A stretch of 64,000 nt of DNA from Deltaproteobacteria bacterium. GTDB lineage: Bacteria; Myxococcota; Kuafuiibacteriia; Kuafuiibacteriales; Kuafuiibacteriaceae. Made by a program: the position numbers and the translations under genes. Shown here piece by piece: positions 1 through 8,295 of the stretch. The stretch covers positions 64,001 to 128,000 of the forward strand of contig JAVJQW010000018.1 in assembly GCA_040218735.1 (NCBI GenBank). The letters run 5' to 3'. The notes under the pieces were generated by a model. The model saw only the letters and a program-made list of their open reading frames with translations, did not search any database and had not been told where the DNA came from. The first letter of the stretch is position 1. Every line of letters starts with the position of its first letter.

Positions 1-59
1 TCGTATCGAGCGCGCGGATCACTTGGGGAGACTGCGATCGAACGCGCTCGAAAGAAAAC

Positions 60-1097
60 TCAAGTCTGGGCGAAACGGTGGACGCGGGACTTCTTGTTCT
101 TCTCCGCCACGACGATCAGGTCGGTGGTGTCGCGATCGAAGCCGATGCCCTCGGGTTTTGTGCCCTTCGAGTCCGGGATGTCGGTGATCCCCACCAGCTC
201 GATGGAGAGGTTCTCGATGAGCCCTCCGCGTTGGGGCTGCGTCTGCTGCTTCAACTCCAGCTCCACGATCGTGCGCTCGCGATCGCTCAGGCAGAACACG
301 TGCCCGGTCTCGGGGTGCACCGCGACGTCGCTGATGTCGAGGAGGTGCTCGCGCGCTTGCCGCGGCACGCGGAACGACTGCGCCGGCTGCAGCGGGCTGT
401 CGTTGCCGTCCGGGGGGATGTCGAAGATCGAGATCTGTGGCGGGTCGGCTTCGTGGATCGCGATCAAGCGATCCGCGCCGTCCGTGAAACGACCGGGGAG
501 GATCGCGATGCCCTCCCAGCCGTTGTCCGTGCCGTCGTTGAGGCGCGGCAGGGACCCGAGCGGGATCGGCGCGCCCGCGCTGAGGTCGTTGCCCGAGCCC
601 GACAGCGGGATGCGGTAGATCGTCCGCGAAGCCTCCGAGACGACGAACGCGTTCTTCTCGGCCGCGTCGACCGTGATGCCCTCGAGGTCCGACAGCTCGG
701 GTGTGTAGTGATCGTGGTCTTCGTCCTTGGCGTGGAGGAGGGCTTTGGACTTGCCGTTCTTCTTCACGAAGAACACGCCGCGGCAGTCGTCGATGACGAG
801 CATCCGCCCGCCGCTGAGCGGGGCGACGCCCGAGGCCTCGGAGACGTCGAGTTTTTCGACGCCCCGGTGGTCGAGGCGCGCCGCGGAGGGGAGCGTGGTC
901 TTGAAGCGCGAGACGACCCGGCGGCCGGCCTTGTCGGTGAAGGCGTCGAAGCGCGCGGCGATCAGCGCGTCGATCTCCGGTCGAACCTCGTCTTCCTTGC
1001 CGGCGGGGGCCGCCTCGTAGAGCGCGTCGATGTCTCGGGCGCGGATCTCGGGGGCGGTTCGGAGCCGGGACAGGAGGCGGCCGACGTCGCTCGACAT
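60..1097 (-). CDS. SdiA-regulated (YjiK-like) beta-propeller protein with N-terminal helical extension
   Basis: Repeated blade motifs EASG, DLEGIT, GWEGIA, DISDVAVH, KPEGIGFD; no signal peptide; 345 aa ORF. Confidence 0.7.
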   Translation of the reverse strand: MSSDVGRLLSRLRTAPEIRARDIDALYEAAPAGKEDEVRPEIDALIAARFDAFTDKAGRRVVSRFKTTLPSAARLDHRGVEKLDVSEASGVAPLSGGRMLVIDDCRGVFFVKKNGKSKALLHAKDEDHDHYTPELSDLEGITVDAAEKNAFVVSEASRTIYRIPLSGSGNDLSAGAPIPLGSLPRLNDGTDNGWEGIAILPGRFTDGADRLIAIHEADPPQISIFDIPPDGNDSPLQPAQSFRVPRQAREHLLDISDVAVHPETGHVFCLSDRERTIVELELKQQTQPQRGGLIENLSIELVGITDIPDSKGTKPEGIGFDRDTTDLIVVAEKNKKSRVHRFAQT

Positions 1098-1199
1098 GAC
1101 ACCAGGCTGTCACATCCGACGGAGGTAGGGAATCCTCCGTTTGGGGCCTACATCGAGGGGGCTTGGCTTCGACCCCGCCCCGTTGCTCTCCTCGTCGCG

Positions 1200-1577
1200 A
1201 TGCGGTGGCTGAAGCGGATCTTCGTGGTCGTCCTGCTCCTCGGGGCCGCGGGGTTCGCGGGGTACCGCATCTACCGCGGGGATCCGGTGCGAACCTATTG
1301 GTGTCGCCTCGCACCGTGCACCGAGCTCGACGGCTACGACGCGCTCTGTCGCGCCGCCTCCATCGCCGAGCTCGCGGACGCCGAATGCCCCGCTCGGGCG
1401 CTCCCTACGCTCGTCGCCGAGGACCCGGACGCGACGCCGGTCCGTGAAGCGCTGACCGTCGCCCTCGACCGGCCGGCGCCGTACCCGGCGCTCGAAGCCC
1501 AGGCTCGCGCCGCCGGTGCGCCCGACTGGCGGTGCCCGCCGCTGTCTCGCGTCGTGACGTCGACCTGCGCCCGGTGA
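1200..1577 (+). CDS. Hypothetical membrane-anchored Cys-containing protein
   Basis: ATG at 1200; MRWLKRIFVVVLLLGAAGFAGY N-terminal TM segment; six Cys, C-terminal WRCP. Confidence 0.6.
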   Translation: MRWLKRIFVVVLLLGAAGFAGYRIYRGDPVRTYWCRLAPCTELDGYDALCRAASIAELADAECPARALPTLVAEDPDATPVREALTVALDRPAPYPALEAQARAAGAPDWRCPPLSRVVTSTCAR

Positions 1578-1643
1578 GGGTCCACCCCCGACGCATCATT
1601 TTCTGGCAGGTTCGAAAGGCACGGTCGGTCGAATCTGCAGGAC

Positions 1644-2177
1644 GTGCCATTGGGGCGGAACGAAGTGTCGGGGCTGACGGTCGATGAAATCGAAGAACTC
1701 TATGGTCGCTACGGTGAGAGCGTGCTGCATCGGTGTCGGCAGTTCGTCCGGAGCGAGGCCGAAGCGTGGGACGCGATGCACCAGACGTTCGTCCGCGCCA
1801 TCAAGTACCGGACGAGTTACCGCGCCGAGTGCCACCCGCGCACCTGGCTCTTCACCATCGCGACCCGCGTCTGCATGGACGAGCTGCGCACGAAGAAGAA
1901 ACACGCCCACGGCTCGATCGAAGACGCCAACGAGCCGCACGACGACGGCGCGGTCCCGAGGACCCTCGAGGCCCAGCTGTCGCACCAGAAGACGGTCACA
2001 CGCCTGCTGTCGCTGTTCTCCACGAAGATCCAGGAGATCGTCGTGATGCGGTACTTCGACGAGATGGAAGTGAAGGAGATCTCGGCGCAGACCGGGCTCT
2101 CGGAGCGGACGGTGGCGCGCCGCCTGAGTCAGTTCATGGATCGCTCGCGCAGGATCCTCGAGGAGCAAAGCGCATGA
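1644..2177 (+). CDS. ECF RNA polymerase sigma factor (sigma-70 family)
   Basis: Region 2 'AWDAMHQTFVRA...RTWLFTIATRVCMD', region 4 'MEVKEISAQTGLSERTVARRL'. Confidence 0.9.
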   Translation: MPLGRNEVSGLTVDEIEELYGRYGESVLHRCRQFVRSEAEAWDAMHQTFVRAIKYRTSYRAECHPRTWLFTIATRVCMDELRTKKKHAHGSIEDANEPHDDGAVPRTLEAQLSHQKTVTRLLSLFSTKIQEIVVMRYFDEMEVKEISAQTGLSERTVARRLSQFMDRSRRILEEQSA

Positions 2178-2923
2178 ACACTTCGAACAAACCGTACACG
2201 GCGCGGGAGCTGGAGGACTACGTGGTGGGTGAGCTCGCCGCGGAGCGCGCCGCCGTGATCGAAGCCGCCGCTGAGGAGGATGAGTCGTTGTCGCAGTATC
2301 TCGAGTCGCGCAAGAGCGAGCGCGCCGCGTTCCTGCACGACCCCCGTCGCCGCAACTTCCAGTCGCTGGTCGACGAAGCCGGGGTCGAGAAGAAACGCGC
2401 GTGGTTCGCGCTCCCCGCGCTCGCGTTGGCGGGGGGGATCGCGGCCGCGGTGGTGTTGATGCCGACCACTCCGACCACGCCGTCGAACACGGGCGGTATC
2501 CGTACCAAGGGCGGCATCTCGGTCCAGGCCGCGGTCCTCGCGGGCGAGCGCCCCGAGCTCTTCGACGCGACGAAGGCGCTGCACCCCGGCGACCGCATCC
2601 GACTCACCGTCGACGATCCCACCGGCGGTTACGTCACCGTGATCCTCGAGGAGTCGTCCGGCGCGGTCGACGTGTTGTACCGTCCGACCGAGCTCGGTGA
2701 GCTGCGCCCCGGTTCGCACATGCTCCCCGACAGCCTCGAGCTCGACGACAAACTCGGGCGCGAACGCATTTACGTGATCATGTCGAACGAAGCGCAGGAC
2801 CCGAAGGCTTGGCTCGAAGAGATCCGCGCGTCGCACGCGAAGGCCGGCTTCGGCCACGGCTGGTTGCCGCCCGGCGGGACGCGCGTCGGGACGATCGAGT
2901 ACGAGAAGGTCGACACGAAGTGA
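2174..2923 (+). CDS. Single-pass anti-sigma factor with periplasmic DUF4384-like domain (ActD-like)
   Basis: ATGA overlap with sigma stop; N-terminal 'LEDYVVGEL...' anti-sigma-like helices lacking the HxxxCxxC Zn ligands; TM helix AWFALPALALAGGIAAAVVLM; 'LHPGDRIRL...LPDSLELDD..GRERIYV' DUF4384-like region. Confidence 0.75.
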   Translation: MNTSNKPYTARELEDYVVGELAAERAAVIEAAAEEDESLSQYLESRKSERAAFLHDPRRRNFQSLVDEAGVEKKRAWFALPALALAGGIAAAVVLMPTTPTTPSNTGGIRTKGGISVQAAVLAGERPELFDATKALHPGDRIRLTVDDPTGGYVTVILEESSGAVDVLYRPTELGELRPGSHMLPDSLELDDKLGRERIYVIMSNEAQDPKAWLEEIRASHAKAGFGHGWLPPGGTRVGTIEYEKVDTK

Positions 2924-4503
2924 AGCTCGCCGCCCTCGCGCTCGCGGCGACGGTGATGCTCCCCGCCGCGGCCCGCTCAGAGACGCGCTTCGCGCTGCTC
3001 GTCGGGCACAACGTAGGGGACCTGCACGAGACGCCGCTGCGCTGGGCGGAGTCCGACGCCACGCGGATGCTCCGGGTCCTCAACGAGATCGGCAACGTGC
3101 GCGAAGACCGCGCCGAGCTCCTCCTCGCGCCGAAGAAGGAAGAGATCGAGCGCGCGCTCCTCAAGATGGAAGGGCGCATCGAAGAGGCGAAGAACCGCGG
3201 TGAGCACACCGTCGTGTTCTTCTACTTCTCCGGGCACGCCGACCGCGAGGAGCTCCACCTCGCGACGGAGAAGATCAACATCCAGCAGGTCGAGAAGATC
3301 CTCCAGGACGGCCCCGCGGACACTGTCGTCTCCGTGATCGACGCGTGCCAGAACGACCGCTCCCCGCGCGTGCGCAACAAGGGTGCGACGCGCGCGCCGT
3401 CGTTCAACTGGCCCACGGAGGGCGTCGCCTCGCCGGAGGGGTTCGTGCGCGTGCGCTCGGCGTCGGAGGGGGAGGTCGCGCAGGAGTCCGACGACCTGCA
3501 GGGCTCGCTCTTCACACACCACCTCCTCTCCGGGATGCGCGGTAGCGCTGACCTCGATCGCGACGGTGTCGTCACGCTGTCGGAGGTCTACCGCTACGGC
3601 TACAGCCGCACGCTCGCGGACAGCCACGGGCAGTCGACCGCGGTCCAGCACGGCAAGCTCGACATGAAGCTCGCGGGGCGCGGCGCGCTGGTGTTCACGT
3701 ACCCGCGGCGCGCGGTGTCGGCGCTGTCCTTCGAAGACATCCGTGGGCACCTCCTCGTCATCGACGACACGAGCGCACGCATCGTCGCCGAGACGCAGCT
3801 CAACGACGGCGGCACCCGCCTCGCGCTCGCGCCCGGTAAGTACCGCATCCAGGTCCGCGGTGAAGGGCGCGTCTACAGCGGCCTCGTCGCGCTGGGCACG
3901 GGAGAGAAGCGCGTCGCGATGCAGGACCTCTCCGAGCAGCCGGTGCTCGCGGTGCTCACGAAGGGCTCGAGCTACGATCCCTACCCGTACCTTCTGCACG
4001 TCGGCGCGCAGGTCGGCCGTTCGCAGGTCGCGGACTTCGCGATGGCGGGGGGCCTCCGCATCGGGTTCGCGTACCGGTTGAGCGACACGTTCCGCGCCGC
4101 GGCTTCGCTCGACGTCGGCTACGCGCAGACCTCGAACGAACTGTGGCAGTACCGCCAAGGGGAGGGTGCGTTCCTGCTCGGCGTCGACTGGACGGGGCGC
4201 GTCGGTCCGACCTTCATGCTCACGTTCGGTGTACGCGCGGGGGTCGCGTCCGTGATCCAGAGCGGCGAGCGGAGCGACACGGAACGCCTGCAGGCGGCCG
4301 GGTTCGCGTCGTCCACGACCACTTCGTCCCAACGTGCGCTCGGACCGAAGCTCGGTGCAGCGCTCGGCGCGGAGTATCACCCGTGGTCGCGCGTGGGGTG
4401 GCGACTCGCGGTGGAGCCCACCGCGGTGTGGATCGAAACGGCCGACGGTACGTCGTTGCGGCCGGGTGCGCAGGGCGTGCTCGCGTTGGTGGTGCGGCTA
4501 TGA
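2920..4503 (+). CDS. Exported caspase-family (peptidase C14) protease with C-terminal outer-membrane beta-barrel
   Basis: GTGA overlap; signal peptide; 'RFALLVGHN', catalytic 'YFSGHAD' and 'VIDACQ'; EF-hand-like 'ADLDRDGVVTLSEVY'; PEGA/Ig-like 'LAPGKYRIQ'; alternating amphipathic strands ending ...LALVVRL. Confidence 0.85.
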   Translation: MKLAALALAATVMLPAAARSETRFALLVGHNVGDLHETPLRWAESDATRMLRVLNEIGNVREDRAELLLAPKKEEIERALLKMEGRIEEAKNRGEHTVVFFYFSGHADREELHLATEKINIQQVEKILQDGPADTVVSVIDACQNDRSPRVRNKGATRAPSFNWPTEGVASPEGFVRVRSASEGEVAQESDDLQGSLFTHHLLSGMRGSADLDRDGVVTLSEVYRYGYSRTLADSHGQSTAVQHGKLDMKLAGRGALVFTYPRRAVSALSFEDIRGHLLVIDDTSARIVAETQLNDGGTRLALAPGKYRIQVRGEGRVYSGLVALGTGEKRVAMQDLSEQPVLAVLTKGSSYDPYPYLLHVGAQVGRSQVADFAMAGGLRIGFAYRLSDTFRAAASLDVGYAQTSNELWQYRQGEGAFLLGVDWTGRVGPTFMLTFGVRAGVASVIQSGERSDTERLQAAGFASSTTTSSQRALGPKLGAALGAEYHPWSRVGWRLAVEPTAVWIETADGTSLRPGAQGVLALVVRL

Positions 4504-5438
4504 GGCGGTGGTGGCTCGGCGTTTCGTTGCTCGCGGCGTGTGGGCCCGTGCGCGGCGGCGAAGATCTCGGCCCGCCGATTCACACGTTCTACGCGGACCT
4601 CCAGGGCGATGCGATACCGGAGGTCGAAGGTGAGCTGCGCGTCGTCTTCGGCTGGATGTCCTACGGCGACGGCCCTTGGGTGCAGTGCTTCGAGCGCACC
4701 GGACGTTTGCTGGAGTGTGGCTTCCCCGCGGCGTCGGACTACGAGACGAAGCTCGTTCTATTCAATGTCGCGGCGCAACCTCGCTTGCCGGGCGGTTTGG
4801 AGATCCCGTTCTACGACTTCCCGGAGCTCGACGATCTGATCGTCCACAACGACTCGGTGTTTGCGTTCGGTGGGCTCGCGCTCTACGACGATCGCAACGG
4901 CAACGGTGAGCTCGACCCGATCGAACCGAACGACGCCAATCCGGACATCGTCCTCGCCGAGTCCGTGATCACCGAGGTGAGCACCCTCGCGATCTTCCAC
5001 GAGGGCGCCGAGGAGCATGCGATCAAGGAGGGCATCTTCGATCGCGCGCTCGACTGCCCGGAGGCGCCGCAGGGGTACTCGGTCGGCAAGTACACCCGCG
5101 AGGGGGGCTGTGAGATCGGGCGCAACACGCCGCTGCTCATGACACGCTCGGATCCCGCGCAGCTCGGGCGCGCACGGTGCGGCGGGGCGATCGCCGGGCT
5201 GACCTTCGAGGGGGGCGCGAAGGAGCCGCCGCCGACGCTCCCGCCGAACGCGGTCGTCGAGTGCGGCGTGAACAACGCCATCGTGGTGTGGCTCGACAAC
5301 GGCGGGTACTGCGACCGGTACCGGCAGACCCGCTACACCCTGCAATCACCGCCGGCGACCCCGCCCGCGGACCGCTGGGACCTCATCGACGACCCGCCCG
5401 AGTACTGGCAGTGTAGAATCGTACGCGGGGGAGGTTGA
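4500..5438 (+). CDS. Cys-rich lipoprotein
   Basis: ATGA overlap with caspase stop; lipobox LLAAC; DxNxNG Ca-binding-like motif 'YDDRNGNGELD'. Confidence 0.75.
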   Translation: MRRWWLGVSLLAACGPVRGGEDLGPPIHTFYADLQGDAIPEVEGELRVVFGWMSYGDGPWVQCFERTGRLLECGFPAASDYETKLVLFNVAAQPRLPGGLEIPFYDFPELDDLIVHNDSVFAFGGLALYDDRNGNGELDPIEPNDANPDIVLAESVITEVSTLAIFHEGAEEHAIKEGIFDRALDCPEAPQGYSVGKYTREGGCEIGRNTPLLMTRSDPAQLGRARCGGAIAGLTFEGGAKEPPPTLPPNAVVECGVNNAIVVWLDNGGYCDRYRQTRYTLQSPPATPPADRWDLIDDPPEYWQCRIVRGGG

Positions 5439-5445
5439 CGGCTAA

Positions 5446-5477
5446 CGCAGCGTGTCATAACAGAATGACACGCTGCG
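5446..5477. promoter_or_regulatory. Perfect 13-bp inverted repeat (operator or terminator hairpin)
   Basis: CGCAGCGTGTCAT-aacaga-ATGACACGCTGCG between the lipoprotein stop and the SD (AGGAG) of the next gene. Confidence 0.55.
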
Positions 5478-5508
5478 CCAAAGGGATGGTGCGGCCAGGA
5501 GAAGCACC

Positions 5509-6006
5509 ATGGCAAGCAAGGAAACCCGCGCCAAGGCCGCCCCGAAGGCGTCCAAGGCCAAGTCCACCACCACCTCCACCCGCAGCAAGAAGAAGCGCGC
5601 CGCGAAGAAACCCTCTGCGGCCGCCCGCCGCTCGAGCGCCAAGAGCTCGGGGGCGAAGCGCCCGGCCACCGCCGTCGGGCGTGTCGCGTCGGTCCTCCCC
5701 GGCGCCCTCCGCGACGCGAAGTACGTCAAGCGTACCCTCGAGATCCTCGACAGCCGTGAGCGCAAGCGCGAGCGGCTCGACCAGCAGACCAAGAAGCAAC
5801 TCGTCGGCGTCGTGAAGGACATCCAGACCGACGTCACCGACCGCATCGAAGCCGAGCGCGACGCCGTGAAGCGCCGCGTGGACGACACGGTCGAGAAGGC
5901 GAAGCAGACGAAGGTCGGCCAGCGGATCGACGAGGTCGAAGGCCGCGTCACGAAGGCCGTCGATCGCTGGCTCGCGCGCGTCGGCCTGCAGCGCAAGGCG
6001 GCCTAG
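5509..6006 (+). CDS. Histone-H1-like K/A/S-rich N-terminus plus phasin-like amphipathic helical C-terminus
   Basis: AGGAG SD; basic low-complexity first 55 aa; C-terminal helical 'VEGRVTKAVDRWLARVGL' resembles phasin-family tails. Confidence 0.6.
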   Translation: MASKETRAKAAPKASKAKSTTTSTRSKKKRAAKKPSAAARRSSAKSSGAKRPATAVGRVASVLPGALRDAKYVKRTLEILDSRERKRERLDQQTKKQLVGVVKDIQTDVTDRIEAERDAVKRRVDDTVEKAKQTKVGQRIDEVEGRVTKAVDRWLARVGLQRKAA

Positions 6007-6069
6007 GCTGCGCGCAGCGGGCCGGCGTTATGGCCTGATCCCGCTCCCCCGGGGTCCCGAGTGACCCCA

Positions 6070-6114
6070 TCGCGGTGCGCCCTGCCCAGCGGCCCTGGGC
6101 GGGGCGCGCTGCGA
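6070..6114 (+). terminator. Long GC-rich hairpin downstream of the phasin-like gene
   Basis: TCGCGGTGCGCCCTGCCCAG-cggcc-CTGGGCGGGGCGCGCTGCGA; about 20-bp stem whose mismatches are G-U pairs on the + strand; no U-tract. Confidence 0.45.
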
Positions 6115-6131
6115 GACCATCGCCGCTCGCT

Positions 6132-6147
6132 CGGCACGACGCTTGCG
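6132..6147 (+). promoter_or_regulatory. Sigma-54 promoter (-24/-12)
   Basis: CGGCAC-GACGC-TTGCG, GG-N10-GC. Confidence 0.65.
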
Positions 6148-6159
6148 ACTCGTCGCCGC

Positions 6160-6489
6160 ATGGCGAGCATCGAAAACAGCTTCGCGAACATGACGGCGAA
6201 CGTGGCCGGAGGATTTTCGAATCAGATCCTCGGCCAGGCGAGCTACATCAACCGGCTCCAGCAGGGCGGCTCCGCCGCGGCGAGTGGCGGAACGAGCCCG
6301 GAGCAATTCGTCGCGCGGCTCAACGCCGACCCGATGCTCCAGCAGCGCGCCATCCAGGCGATGCAGAAGGACCCCCGGCTCATCGGCAAGGCGATCCGCG
6401 ACCTCTCGGCCCGCCCGCATCTCGCGCGGCAGCTCCCGCCCGCGATCAAGCGGTTCCTCACGCAGGCGATTCAGAGCGGAGGTTACTGA
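6160..6489 (+). CDS. Small hypothetical protein (109 aa), N/S/G/Q-rich N-terminus
   Basis: ATG at 6160, strong GC3 codon bias; MASIENSFANMTANVAGGFSNQ... Confidence 0.65.
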   Translation: MASIENSFANMTANVAGGFSNQILGQASYINRLQQGGSAAASGGTSPEQFVARLNADPMLQQRAIQAMQKDPRLIGKAIRDLSARPHLARQLPPAIKRFLTQAIQSGGY

Positions 6490-8282
6490 GCGCCTTCGTT
6501 CTGGATGTTCCGCATGAGGACGAGCAGCGTCGATGGGATCAGTTCGGGGTGCTCGCGAAGGACGCGGCGGATAACGAACTTCGCGAGGTCGCTCGGCTCG
6601 CGTGGGCGCAGTTCCCTCAGTCGAGGGAACTTGTCGAGGATGCGTTGGGCGAGGCCGTGCCCCGATGTCTCACGGAGCCAACGCGGGCACAGAATCACCA
6701 AGTCGGCGCGAACGTAGTCGATCTCGACGCGATCTGCGCGCTCGTCGTCCGGGCACAGGGCGTCGGATACGAAGTCCGCAATCCCTTGCAGGGCCTCCCG
6801 GTCCAAGTTTCCGAGGGATGAGAACTTCGTGTCACCGAGGTCGGATCGAGAGAAGGCCTCCTCGCGGATGCCCAACGCTCCGACCAGCAGAGGATCCAGG
6901 AGGACGTTCTCGATCGCGTAGGCGTTCCCACCGCCCACGACCTGGATTCCATCCGTACTCTCCGCTCGCCCATCGTGATCCACGATGCCGAAGACACGGT
7001 CGTTCCCTGCCTTGCGCAATTGCTTGACGAGGTTTCGAACCATCGCGCATCCACCGCCTTCGTCGCCTTGCTCGGCTCTGTTGGCGGGGTTGATTCGCTT
7101 TCGTCCCGCCGTAATGAAACTGAGCGCAATCTCCGGCTCGAGCTGATCTCGGAGCAGCTCGTAGACTCCGTCATAGATCTCTGCGTCAAAGGATGCTTCG
7201 ACGAACACCTGTCGGCGGTGTTCGTGGTCGACACGAAGCGATGGTACCCCGGACGTCAGGAGTCCGAGGGCATGGTCCTTCGTGACTTTCTGGAGACGCG
7301 GTATCTCGCCAGGCTTCATCGCAAATAGCGATTCATCCGGAGCGAGGGCAACCATGGACGGCGAATGGGTGGCGAGAATGACGGAGGTACCGCGGTCGAC
7401 GAGTGTCGCCTGCAGGTCGCGCACGAAAGCCCTCATGAGCTTGGGGTGGAGGGCGGAGTCGACCTCGTCCAGAAGCATGATGCGTGCAGCCGGGGGCGTG
7501 CCAATGGTCGAGCCTCCGTGCACGAACTGGTGCACGAGCAGCGAAAGTACCGCGCTCTCGCCTGAGGACAGGCCTCCGAACTCCACCTCGTGGCCCGCTT
7601 CGCGGTGTAGGAGACGCAGTCGAAGATCGCAGTCGACATCCTGGGGCGCCAACCCCTCACCCACCAACTCATAACCCAGCGGAGCGATTGCCTTGTTGAA
7701 TGAGGCTTCGACGGGTGCGCCATACTTCTCTCGATATTCGTCGTCGTCCAGAACCCGAGAGAGTGGCCGTTGGCCGTCGTACTTCAGATAGCGATTGCGG
7801 CGGTGGTACTCGGCTTCGAGCTGTTTCACTCGAATCGTGGAGGCGAGCTCGAGCGTGAAGGGGCGCCCACCGAATGATTTGTTCGAAAAGATGTGCGGGA
7901 GCGCGTGCCCTTTGATGTGGTCGTATCGGAGACTGCCGGGGTCCTCGATCTCGAGCGCATCCGCGATGCGTTGGAGAATGTCGGAATCTCCATGACGGCG
8001 CTCCGCCCAGATCCGCGCTGCGTCTTCGCCGAGGTTTCGAAGTCGGCCGTTGTAGTTGCGCGTGAGTAACTCGTGCTCGATCCAGGGATTGAGTGTCGTC
8101 ACGTAGGCCCGAGCGCTCTCCTCCATGGCGGGGATCGTCTCGATGGCGCCGTCCTTGATGCCCCAGAGCAGATGCGTTTTGCCCGTGGCGTTGAGTCCCG
8201 TGACGACGACGAAATCCGGAAGCTCGATCTCGGGAAAAGGTTCGAGCGAGCGAAAGCCTTCGTTCGAGCGAATCTTCAGCAT
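6483..8282 (-). CDS. ABC-type (AAA_21) ATPase fused to TOPRIM/DUF4435-like nuclease domain (OLD/PARIS-like), candidate defence protein
   Basis: Walker A GLNATGKT, signature LSSGE, Walker B LLDEVDSALHP, H-loop ATHSP; TOPRIM 'VFVE...D', 'GIVDHD', 'YAIENVLL'; more A/T at third positions than flanks. Confidence 0.8.
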   Translation of the reverse strand: MLKIRSNEGFRSLEPFPEIELPDFVVVTGLNATGKTHLLWGIKDGAIETIPAMEESARAYVTTLNPWIEHELLTRNYNGRLRNLGEDAARIWAERRHGDSDILQRIADALEIEDPGSLRYDHIKGHALPHIFSNKSFGGRPFTLELASTIRVKQLEAEYHRRNRYLKYDGQRPLSRVLDDDEYREKYGAPVEASFNKAIAPLGYELVGEGLAPQDVDCDLRLRLLHREAGHEVEFGGLSSGESAVLSLLVHQFVHGGSTIGTPPAARIMLLDEVDSALHPKLMRAFVRDLQATLVDRGTSVILATHSPSMVALAPDESLFAMKPGEIPRLQKVTKDHALGLLTSGVPSLRVDHEHRRQVFVEASFDAEIYDGVYELLRDQLEPEIALSFITAGRKRINPANRAEQGDEGGGCAMVRNLVKQLRKAGNDRVFGIVDHDGRAESTDGIQVVGGGNAYAIENVLLDPLLVGALGIREEAFSRSDLGDTKFSSLGNLDREALQGIADFVSDALCPDDERADRVEIDYVRADLVILCPRWLRETSGHGLAQRILDKFPRLRELRPREPSDLAKFVIRRVLREHPELIPSTLLVLMRNIQNEGAQ

Positions 8283-8295
8283 CAGATCAACGTCG

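Noticed and set aside
1170-1200. TTGC located 14 nt before ATG 1200, like the sigma-54 set
   Set aside because: The -24 position is CC, not GG.
1600-1643. Autoregulatory ECF promoter (GGT[CT]GAATC 8 nt before the start, also seen before ATG 9363)
   Set aside because: No shared -35 element between the two sites; too weak to call without more examples.
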